Below are positions 1 through 7,310 of a DNA stretch of 45,719 nt, in pieces. The notes beneath the pieces are model-generated. The model searched no databases, was not told the origin of the DNA, and saw only the letters and a list, made by a program, of their open reading frames with translations. How positions within the stretch are numbered: the first letter of the stretch is position 1; every line of letters begins with the position of its first letter. The position numbers were made by a program, and so were the translations under genes. Source of the DNA: an uncultured virus (IMG/VR IMGVR_UViG_2061766007_001805) (Duplodnaviria; Heunggongvirae; Uroviricota; Caudoviricetes); IMG/VR virus record IMGVR_UViG_2061766007_001805; one strand, 5' to 3'.

Positions 1-21
1 GTAAACCACTGTTTACGGTTG

Positions 22-55
22 CAAAGTTCGGACATTATTTTCACATATACACAAA
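22..55 (-). promoter_or_regulatory. Possible Bacteroidota sigma-A promoter firing leftward out of the window
   Basis: Minus strand reads TTTG-N22-GAACTTTGCA; the -7 box has one mismatch to TAnnTTTG. Confidence 0.45.
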
Positions 56-58
56 CTT

Positions 59-99
59 TCGACGTTTAGGCACATTTTATCGACGTTTCGGCACATTTT
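59..99. repeat. Tandem 20-bp direct repeat with 21-bp period
   Basis: TCGACGTTTAGGCACATTTT (59-78) and TCGACGTTTCGGCACATTTT (80-99), 19/20 identical, just upstream of the putative -33 box. Confidence 0.8.
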
Positions 100-293
100 G
101 TCTAAAAGAATAAATATGTGAATAATATACGTGTTTTTGCATAAAAATGTATATCTGATTTTACACCTACGCGCGTACATTATATATATATAAAATTTAG
201 GTGTATTAGTGTATATATAATGTAGTACACTATATTTATAATCTTTTCTCNNNNNNNNNNAATAAATTCTGATACTAACATAATTCAGTCCTC

Positions 294-482
294 CTATGCT
301 TTTACTACCTCTGCGGGTACGTTCTTTAATCTCAGTGCGATGCACGCACCCTCACAATTCTGCTTAACGTCACGCATAATCATAGTGCCAGCCACTACGA
401 CTGCGAATAAAACCACACTCTTGGGGCAATAGCCAGTGCCTACACGGACTGCGCCCTGCTTCTTAATTCTTGGTCTTTTCAT
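294..482 (-). CDS. Small hypothetical phage protein (62 aa)
   Basis: ATG preceded by an A-rich Bacteroidota-style initiation region (ACTAAAACAAAATCATT-ATG); part of a chain of leftward ORFs. Confidence 0.6.
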   Translation of the reverse strand: MKRPRIKKQGAVRVGTGYCPKSVVLFAVVVAGTMIMRDVKQNCEGACIALRLKNVPAEVVKA

Positions 483-494
483 AATGATTTTGTT

Positions 495-665
495 TTAGTT
501 AATACTATACCAATATCCATGAAAATACTGCTCAATATGCCAGTCCTTCACGCTTGTATGCGTGCGTGCTGCAAATTTGTCGCGCTCCTGCAATGCTTGC
601 AATAATGTCGCAAAACGCAACCACGTGCCCGCACCGCTACCAAAATACAAACTATAATACTCCAT
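495..665 (-). CDS. Small hypothetical protein (56 aa, MEYYSLYFGSGAGTWLRF...GYWYSIN), not in the ORF track
   Basis: Translated by hand; A-rich leader TTTAAAACATCAAAAGCA-ATG; fills the space between its neighbours. Confidence 0.6.
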   Translation of the reverse strand: MEYYSLYFGSGAGTWLRFATLLQALQERDKFAARTHTSVKDWHIEQYFHGYWYSIN

Positions 666-683
666 TGCTTTTGATGTTTTAAA

Positions 684-1025
684 TTAATACTTATTTGAAT
701 AGCTTTTGCAAACTACATTTGTGTAGCTTGTAAGCGTGTATGTGCGTACACTTGTGCCGCGCTTTTCCACAAACGTCTGACGTGTCGCAAAGCGTCGCGT
801 CGTTGTGGATAGTGAACACGTGCCAGCTTCTTCAGTGCTAAATTTGTTCTTTACACGCTTTTGTGTGCGTGTATGCTTGCACTGCTCGAATATTGCACGC
901 TCCATGCCTAAACGCTCCATGCGCTTATTATATGCTGCCTGCTTTCGCTGGTTGACGTTATAATCAGTCTGCACACGTAACAAACTTTGTGGAACACTGC
1001 TGCATAAATCTTTTAATGTTGCCAT
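684..1025 (-). CDS. Hypothetical basic protein (113 aa)
   Basis: ORF with an A-rich leader (AAAACCAAAAAATTTATAGACGT-ATG). Confidence 0.55.
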   Translation of the reverse strand: MATLKDLCSSVPQSLLRVQTDYNVNQRKQAAYNKRMERLGMERAIFEQCKHTRTQKRVKNKFSTEEAGTCSLSTTTRRFATRQTFVEKRGTSVRTYTLTSYTNVVCKSYSNKY

Positions 1026-1713
1026 ACGTCTATAAATTTTTTGGTTTTCGTGCGTACATGCTGCCGACGCAATTACAATATGATAATCTCTTTTATCCTA
1101 TGCATATCTTTATGCAAGTAATCTAACATGCGTAATAAATTACGCTTTCATCATATCACATGTACGCGAATTTGCTCCAAAAAAGTTTATTTGCGTTACC
1201 AAACTAATTAAATGGTCATACCATGCTTTTTTTGCCGTTATATACAATCACCTGCTTTCGCACTTTTAATCAACACAAAATACTCGTATATAATTATCTG
1301 CTGCAAAGGTTATCATTCGCGCCCGAAGGCATCATATATATGTAGTTTGCTAATAGATACGGCACTTGCATATATAAGGTTGTTTCCCTTTCCTTTGCAT
1401 GGTTTGTGCGCTTATTTCTTTAAAGTGCACGCACACCTTTGCAAAGTAATTACAGCCCGTCAACACTTTTTTTGTGTGCTGATTGTGACTACTTTTCAAA
1501 TTTTTAAAGAACGAAAGCAGATACTTTGCGGTTTTTTGTGTGCTGGCTACCTTTTGCCCGTTGCAATTAAATAAGATTACCAGCGTGCCCGTTGCACTTT
1601 TACACTAAAACCAGCCAAAGAACGCCGCTACAATGTAGCTATTTTGTGCCCGTACCAGCCGCCGCCGCTGATATAGAACGCTTTGAACGTGTTCGGGCTA
1701 CCTTATACGGCAT

Positions 1714-2316
1714 TTATGCCGCTTTGATAATGTTATACTTTTCTTCTATCTGTTCATCAGTGAAAGTGTTTGCGAGCTCGCCAAACACGGCAAATACAAC
1801 GGCGTGCATCTGCTTTTTGTTGGCGGCTACCTTTGCGGCGGCGGCGTCTGCTTTCGCTTTCGCTACCTTTGCGGCGGCGTCTGCTTTCACTATATCAGCG
1901 AACACGGCAAAGAGTTTTTGAATAGTGATACCAGCAGAACACGGGCGCAAATATTCATATTTGCCGTTAATAATATCTATTAACTGATAATCCCAAATAG
2001 GCATTTTACGAGAACGTTCACGGGTGCAAATACGCCCTTTATTGTCCTTTATCAGTACATCAGCCGTAAAAGCGTAACGGCCGCCGTGAATTTTCTTTAA
2101 TTCACTGGCGACTGCTTTAATGCTGGTTACGTCCATACCATCAGCCAGCAGCCCGCCGCCGATTTTTCCACTAACTACCTTATTAAGATAGTTTATACCA
2201 GCGAAAGCGGATGTTAACACGTTCTTTAACTCGCTCTTTGCGCTTTTTACGTTGTTGTTCACGTTCTTTGCGTTGTCCTTTGCAGTAACAACGGCGTTGT
2301 TAATGTTCTTCTTCAT
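1714..2316 (-). CDS. Hypothetical early protein (200 aa) with an Ala/Lys repeat
   Basis: Long ORF directly downstream of a consensus promoter; KADAAAKVA-type duplication at about 1826-1888. Confidence 0.75.
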   Translation of the reverse strand: MKKNINNAVVTAKDNAKNVNNNVKSAKSELKNVLTSAFAGINYLNKVVSGKIGGGLLADGMDVTSIKAVASELKKIHGGRYAFTADVLIKDNKGRICTRERSRKMPIWDYQLIDIINGKYEYLRPCSAGITIQKLFAVFADIVKADAAAKVAKAKADAAAAKVAANKKQMHAVVFAVFGELANTFTDEQIEEKYNIIKAA

Positions 2317-2379
2317 AATTGTAAATGTTTAAAAGATTAATACTATATTAAATTAATACTTTATTTCTTGAATTTGGTG

Positions 2380-2411
2380 CAAATGTACAATAATCATTTT
2401 ATATTTACAAG
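2380..2411 (-). promoter_or_regulatory. Bacteroidota sigma-A promoter for the leftward block
   Basis: CTTG-N20-TACATTTGCA on the minus strand, about 60 nt upstream of ATG 2316. Confidence 0.8.
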
Positions 2412-3320
2412 TTTTTAAGCAAAAATTTATTTTTCTTTGTAACTAACTGTAAATCAATAAGTTAGACGTTGCATAGTATGGTATATGTAATAGAAATTAT
2501 ACCAATTTACAATAAAAATATAATATTTAAGTGTTAAATAAATATGTTAAAATGTAAATAATTAGAAAACTGATAAAATAATGTAAATAATTGAATACCA
2601 GTAAGTTAAATATAAAAATATACCAATAAGTGTATTTTATACAATTCTTAAACAAACGTTTACGTAAAAAAATAAGACAGTGTATANNNNNNNNNNATAC
2701 AATATATTAAGTACTCCAAGAAAACAAGAAAACGGGAAAACTGATAAAAAGCCGAAATGCGGATAATGATAATAAATGAACATATAAAAAACGTATTTTT
2801 TACCCTGAAAATGTGGTGGACAAAATAGGGACTAAAAAGGTACGAAAACAGACGAAAACAAATAGACGGGGCGGGAGGTGTGGGCAAAGCGAAATGATAT
2901 GGTGCAAACAGTCCTTTTCTTAAAAAGAAAAAAATCGAAAAAAAAAAATAAAAATTCCAGAGTGTGTGTGATTATGTAGAATCGTCGTAGATGCCGTTTC
3001 TTTTGTCTCTGACGTGTTTTTGTGCTCGATGTGGATAATTGTACCACCGAACCGAAATTCGTCGATTCTGAGCGATTTTTGAAGGTTTGCCGTGTGTTTT
3101 ATTTGCAGAGTAAATCCAAAAAAGAAGTAAGTTGCTGAAAATCAGCGTATTTTTATTTGCTTGTAATTTGCTTTTGTTTTTTTTCTTCTGTTTTCCGCCA
3201 TGAATTTCTGGAAAAGAGCTGATTTTACGCGCGCGTGTGTATATGTATATACATTATAATAGTGTTACTATCTTATTGTATTACTAAAAAATAGTTAATA
3301 CTATTAAATAGTGTTATATT

Positions 3321-3354
3321 ATTGTGAATATTCCAAGAACTATGTTTATATTTG
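3321..3354 (+). promoter_or_regulatory. Bacteroidota sigma-A promoter for the replication module
   Basis: ATTG-N22-TATATTTG(CAGCGA), upstream of ATG 3399. Confidence 0.7.
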
Positions 3355-3398
3355 CAGCGAATTTCATTATTTACTTACGTTAAACAGATAGAAACATT

Positions 3399-3707
3399 AT
3401 GTATTTGACAAGAGAACAGAAATGGGAGCTGACTCGGAAGATTGGCTTGTTCGGTCTGGGTGACCTGCGCAAGCTTGCCCCGATTGGCGACATTGGTTAC
3501 GAGAACGACTGGTATCCTCCTTTTTGGGGTAGTACTCACATGTGGCTGGACGTTATGCTTCCGCGTCTGATTATGAAGGCGTTCTGGGAGCAGAAGGACA
3601 AGTACGGATTTGAGGTTGAGGGATACAGCAATGGCTATGCGAAGACAGACCACCACTCGTGCTGCAAGTCGTTGAGTCTGTACTGGCACTGTGATTCAAG
3701 CGGATGA
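3399..3707 (+). CDS. Hypothetical phage protein (102 aa)
   Basis: ORF after a promoter with an A-rich leader; codon style matches the core genome. Confidence 0.7.
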   Translation: MYLTREQKWELTRKIGLFGLGDLRKLAPIGDIGYENDWYPPFWGSTHMWLDVMLPRLIMKAFWEQKDKYGFEVEGYSNGYAKTDHHSCCKSLSLYWHCDSSG

Positions 3708-3711
3708 GGTT

Positions 3712-3828
3712 ATGCCGAGTGATGAATTTAGAGAGCGCGTCGTGTGCGCATTAGAGTCGGTTGCTCACAGCTTGTTTATTGTGTGCATCGTGCTTTGTAC
3801 AATGCTTGTGATATTGGTATTGAGATAG
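3712..3828 (+). CDS. Small single-pass membrane protein (38 aa, MPSDEFRERVVCALESVAHSLFIVCIVLCTMLVILVLR), not in the ORF track
   Basis: Translated by hand; hydrophobic C-terminal half; fills the intergenic gap. Confidence 0.55.
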   Translation: MPSDEFRERVVCALESVAHSLFIVCIVLCTMLVILVLR

Positions 3829-3856
3829 TTATTAACGATTAAACATATTATAACAG

Positions 3857-4240
3857 ATGGAGTTAAACGCAAAGATTATTGAAGTGCTGCCAGTACAGAG
3901 TGGTACGAGCAGCAAAGGAGATTGGGAGAAGCATGCTTTTGTGGTGAGCTGGATGGACGGCCAGTACGAGCAGAAGCTGTGCCTTGATGTCATGGGCGCA
4001 GATAAATTTGAAAAAATGAAGAACGCCGTCGTGGTCGGAAACGAGGTGTTGGTCAAGTACAATGTCACGTCGAGAGAGTATCAGGGACGTTGGTTCACCA
4101 CAGCGTCGTGCTACTATTGCTCGGCCATTGGTGGGTCGCAGCAGCCACAGCAGAGTGCAGTGCCGAATGCGAAGCCTTATGTGCAGAATAATGCGCAGGA
4201 CGACAATGCGCACGTGGACGATGGAGGCCTTCCTTTTTAG
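3857..4240 (+). CDS. DUF3127-like single-stranded DNA-binding protein
   Basis: MELNAKIIEVLPVQSGTS..W.K..FVV pattern typical of Bacteroidales DUF3127; Gln-rich linker and acidic SSB-type tail DDGGLPF. Confidence 0.8.
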   Translation: MELNAKIIEVLPVQSGTSSKGDWEKHAFVVSWMDGQYEQKLCLDVMGADKFEKMKNAVVVGNEVLVKYNVTSREYQGRWFTTASCYYCSAIGGSQQPQQSAVPNAKPYVQNNAQDDNAHVDDGGLPF

Positions 4241-4302
4241 GGATTACTTAATCGAGAGGCTTGATTGTGAGATAGTATAATTATTAACGAAAACAGAGAA
4301 TT

Positions 4303-4587
4303 ATGACTAAGAGAGAATTTTTGGAGAATGAAGTGTTCGCTGAATTGCCAGACGACGCTGAGATTGTGTTTGCGACAGGTAACAGGCTGAAGATGTGCGT
4401 ACCGCTGAATCCGCTGAACGTGTCGCTCGTGAAGGAGTGCGTGAACGAAGACATGCTGAAAGAACTGCCTTCCAATGTCAGGGAGCACTTCAAGCCAGAG
4501 TATAAGGTTGCTTTGGTACTTGATGCCATTCCCTATTGGTATCTGAAAGAGAAGTACAACGTCAGTTTCGATACGCATGAAGATTGA
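4303..4587 (+). CDS. Hypothetical protein (94 aa)
   Basis: ORF in a chain of overlapping, apparently coupled genes. Confidence 0.7.
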   Translation: MTKREFLENEVFAELPDDAEIVFATGNRLKMCVPLNPLNVSLVKECVNEDMLKELPSNVREHFKPEYKVALVLDAIPYWYLKEKYNVSFDTHED

Positions 4588-4801
4588 CATCAGGGACGGA
4601 ATACCCGACGCCATCGCTGTGGAATGTGTCTTGAACGTCGTAAAGAATGGAAAGATTAGCAAAGGGGAGCACGGCAAGAAATACTACTGCTGGATTACGG
4701 TACTTGAAACGCCCGTCGGAATGGTGGTCGTATCGACACGCCAATACAGAAAGGGCGACTGCTTCGTTGTCTATAAATACAGAGAAGATGACGAAGGATG
4801 A
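4577..4801 (+). CDS. Hypothetical protein (74 aa)
   Basis: Overlaps the stop of the previous gene and the start of the next. Confidence 0.65.
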   Translation: MKIDIRDGIPDAIAVECVLNVVKNGKISKGEHGKKYYCWITVLETPVGMVVVSTRQYRKGDCFVVYKYREDDEG

Positions 4802-5132
4802 CACATTGCAGCGCATCTGCAGGCGCTATATGCTCAGGCTGATGCCGATTGCGAGGAAGTTTGGTCTCGGAGGCTTCACGTACGACATGATACGCAGGAA
4901 CTACAGACGCGAGTGCGCTGCGACAGAGTCTGAGGTGGAGCTTCTGAGCATGGCTTGCGACGACGAACGGCTGCACAGACAGGACGTGCCTAAAGTGCTT
5001 GGAAAGTCGTACAGACGTGCGTACGAAGACGGTGACTTCGAGAGAATCAAGACTCTTAAACGAACTGGCATCTACTCAAAGATTAGCGCCATTCTGTTAG
5101 GTGAAGAGCTACGTGCAATAAGCGACGAATAA
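4788..5132 (+). CDS. Hypothetical protein (114 aa), possible C-terminal HTH
   Basis: Probable start MTKDD at 4788 (track ORF 4647-5132); LHRQDVPKVLGKSYRRAY resembles an HTH. Confidence 0.65.
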   Translation: MTKDDTLQRICRRYMLRLMPIARKFGLGGFTYDMIRRNYRRECAATESEVELLSMACDDERLHRQDVPKVLGKSYRRAYEDGDFERIKTLKRTGIYSKISAILLGEELRAISDE

Positions 5133-5152
5133 TCATAAAAATGCATAAAATA

Positions 5153-5184
5153 TTTGGAACATGAGCGGATAATTCGTATCTTTG
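5153..5184 (+). promoter_or_regulatory. Consensus Bacteroidota promoter of the replication initiator gene
   Basis: TTTG(5153-5156)-N20-TATCTTTG(5177-5184)CA. Confidence 0.85.
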
Positions 5185-5204
5185 CACCGTAGAAAGTTTG
5201 ATTC

Positions 5205-5337
5205 GACGCGTTGTCAGCTACAATAAGCGCAGAGAACAAGGATATAAATGTTATAACAACTTGCCGATTCGGGCGACATGAAGTTAGAGTAGCTGCTGAC
5301 GGATTGTCGCTCGTAGGCTTTTTAAACAGCTACAATG
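5205..5337 (+). ncRNA. Candidate structured cis-regulatory leader RNA
   Basis: CAGCTACAAT occurs at 5215-5224 and 5327-5336 (over the ATG); its complement GTAGCTG (5289-5295) sits in a hairpin loop within the stem CGGGCGACA/TGTCGCTCG. Confidence 0.55.
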
Positions 5338-6084
5338 CCACAACGGAAATCATTTTTGTTCTACAAGGACTGGTACGAAGCAATATCGTCTCTCGATGCA
5401 GACGTCAGACTTGAGGTCTATGACGCCATTATGTCAAGGGTATGGAGAAGTGATAGCTGTACATTGTCTCCTATGGCAGAGCTTTCCATGCGCTTCATCT
5501 CGCCGCAGATTGACCGAGATGAAGCCAAGTATCGCGAAATATCAGACAAACGTTCAGAAGCAGGAAAAAAGCATCGTGGCAACCAATATTCTTTTTTGGA
5601 ACAAATGGAACAAGACGGAACAAATGGAACAAGTGTTCCAAATTTGGAACAAAATGGAACAAATGGAACAGATGATGATAATGATAATGATAATGTAGAG
5701 AATAATATTGTTCTCTATGAAGAAAGAAAAGATACTGACGTATCTGTTATAAAGAAAGAAAAACGGTTCGTAAAGCCAACAGTTGATGAAATACGAGACT
5801 ATATACAAGAGAAAGGCTATACGTTTGATGCTGAGGCCTTCTTTGCGTATTATGAGAGCAACGGGTGGAAGGTTGGTCGCAATCCGATGAAGAATTGGAG
5901 AATGGCCTGCACGACATGGTCTAAAAACAGAAACAATAATAATGGCAACAACTATGGAAGAGAGACAATCACCGACAAGATTAGGCGCACTGTTGAAGGC
6001 GCAAACGAGTTCAAGCAGCGAATTGACGCGAACATCGGAAGAGAAGCCGACATGGGTGACGGAGATTCTGACAAGGTATGGTAG
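5335..6084 (+). CDS. Phage replication initiator (DUF6291-like N-terminus; lambda O-like organisation)
   Basis: N-terminal RKSFLFYKDWYEAI..L...RLEVYDAI; central iteron-encoded low complexity; C-terminal FVKPTVDEI..Y...F.AYYESNGWKVGRNPMKNW domain common in Bacteroidales phage initiators. Confidence 0.8.
   Translation: MPQRKSFLFYKDWYEAISSLDADVRLEVYDAIMSRVWRSDSCTLSPMAELSMRFISPQIDRDEAKYREISDKRSEAGKKHRGNQYSFLEQMEQDGTNGTSVPNLEQNGTNGTDDDNDNDNVENNIVLYEERKDTDVSVIKKEKRFVKPTVDEIRDYIQEKGYTFDAEAFFAYYESNGWKVGRNPMKNWRMACTTWSKNRNNNNGNNYGRETITDKIRRTVEGANEFKQRIDANIGREADMGDGDSDKVW
5598..5697. repeat. Iteron array, probable replication origin inside the initiator gene
   Basis: Seven direct GGAACA copies (5598, 5607, 5617, 5626, 5646, 5656, 5665); perfect 18-bp palindrome TGTTCCAAATTTGGAACA (5634-5651); then AT-rich (GATAAT)n. 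Confidence 0.75.
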
Positions 6085-6610
6085 CTTCACTCAGCTTGAG
6101 AACAAGTTCTCGTACCTCAATAAGAACACGTTCGTGCAGAATCCGATAGATTGCTTCAGACGCGAGAGCCCGACGCTCGTCAGGCTTGACGTTACGTACG
6201 GACGCGGCTCGTCGGCTTCATGGCTGTTCTCCATACTGCAGGGAATGTTCGTGTTTCTTGGCGTCACGGACGACAGATTCTCAAAAGAGCAAGTCTACAA
6301 CCTCGCATGCAACATCGCTGCTAACTACAAGACACTGAAAGTCGTCGAGATTCTGCTGTTCGTGTCACGATTCGAGTCTGGAAAGTACGGGCGGTTCTAT
6401 GGTGGAGACTCGTATGCCCTCGTCCTGACTGAGGCGATGAACAAGTTCATGGTCGAGCGCGAGCACTACTACGCAGACATCGAGCGGATGGAGACCGAGA
6501 GACGCATTGAGGAAGGCAAGAGGAACACCATATCGTATGCGGAGTACAAGAAACAGAAGGAAGCCGAAGGAAAGAGCGTGTCTGGCGCACTGGACGGCAT
6601 TTTTGGTTAA
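5954..6610 (+). CDS. DUF6633-like replication accessory protein (possible helicase loader)
   Basis: Follows the initiator; Y..LK..EILLF..RF.SGKYG.FYG motif. The start (5942 or 5954) is uncertain and overlaps the initiator by about 130 nt. Confidence 0.7.
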   Translation: MEERQSPTRLGALLKAQTSSSSELTRTSEEKPTWVTEILTRYGSFTQLENKFSYLNKNTFVQNPIDCFRRESPTLVRLDVTYGRGSSASWLFSILQGMFVFLGVTDDRFSKEQVYNLACNIAANYKTLKVVEILLFVSRFESGKYGRFYGGDSYALVLTEAMNKFMVEREHYYADIERMETERRIEEGKRNTISYAEYKKQKEAEGKSVSGALDGIFG

Positions 6611-6624
6611 AAATCATTTAAATA

Positions 6625-6656
6625 CTTGGAATATTCCAAATTATGAGCTATATTTG
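6625..6656 (+). promoter_or_regulatory. Bacteroidota promoter with a palindromic operator
   Basis: CTTG-N20-TATATTTG(CAGCGA); perfect palindrome TTGGAATATTCCAA at 6626-6639. Confidence 0.8.
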
Positions 6657-6775
6657 CAGCGAGAAAAGCGAAAAGAAGCTCTGTGAGCGCAGAAAATTTG
6701 TGAGGTGGGCAACTATACCACAGCGCGCGTTCGAAGCTGTCAGAGAGCTCGAAAAGCGACAAAAACGAGAAATAT

Positions 6776-6898
6776 ATGGCAGTATGGAAAGATATTGAAC
6801 CGATAATAGACGAATACGAACGTCTTTTTGAGGAAGAAGCGAAGAAGGAAGAATACAGAATACAACAAACGCGACAATGGCTGGCATCTCTATCATAG
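6776..6898 (+). CDS. Small acidic protein (40 aa, MAVWKDIEPIIDEYERLFEEEAKKEEYRIQQTRQWLASLS), not in the ORF track
   Basis: Translated by hand; A-rich leader; overlaps the start of the next gene. Confidence 0.6.
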   Translation: MAVWKDIEPIIDEYERLFEEEAKKEEYRIQQTRQWLASLS

Positions 6899-7284
6899 GC
6901 ATAATTGAATCAGTGAAATACCTGCCCAACGGCGGCGGATGCTTCGTTTTCTTGTCTGAGTACAGAAAAGGTTACAGAAAATCTGACGGTACACGGGTGG
7001 AAGACAAGTATCTGTCATGGAAGGTCATCTACAAGCAAGGGCTCGTGAACTACATCAACAACCACTTCAGCACTGGGATGGTCGTCGAGGTGAAGGGAGA
7101 AGTCCTGCCGTACGCCATAGAGAACGGCGAGACGGTTGACGGATACTCAGTCATCGGGCAAACACTCAACATGTTCAGTGTGCCACGCTTGTACCAGCGG
7201 CAGGAAGCAAGAATGCAGAAGGACTCGCAGCTGCACTCAAGCGGCACGCCAGACTTGGAAGAGTACAACAGACCAGACTTTTAA
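6877..7284 (+). CDS. Second SSB-like OB-fold protein
   Basis: I.IIG.I start, ..W.V...., GMVVEVKGEV strand pattern of SSB, acidic C-terminus ending PDF. Confidence 0.65.
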   Translation: MAGISIIGIIESVKYLPNGGGCFVFLSEYRKGYRKSDGTRVEDKYLSWKVIYKQGLVNYINNHFSTGMVVEVKGEVLPYAIENGETVDGYSVIGQTLNMFSVPRLYQRQEARMQKDSQLHSSGTPDLEEYNRPDF

Positions 7285-7310
7285 TTATAAACGTTTAAAA
7301 TTGCAATTTT

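Noticed and set aside
1212..1921. Plus-strand ORFs 1212-1574 and 1592-1921
   Set aside because: They oppose the local transcription direction, lack a promoter or leader, and the second is the antisense shadow of 1714-2316.
5211..5414. 67-aa ORF upstream of and overlapping the initiator
   Set aside because: TTG start without a leader; the region is better explained as structured RNA, although a leader peptide cannot be excluded.
5598..5697. CRISPR-like array
   Set aside because: Repeats are 6-9 bp with no spacers and lie inside a CDS; they fit iterons. No cas genes seen.
6720..6750. tRNA suggested by GTTCGAA
   Set aside because: No paired T-stem, anticodon arm or acceptor stem; kept only as a generic structured-RNA candidate.
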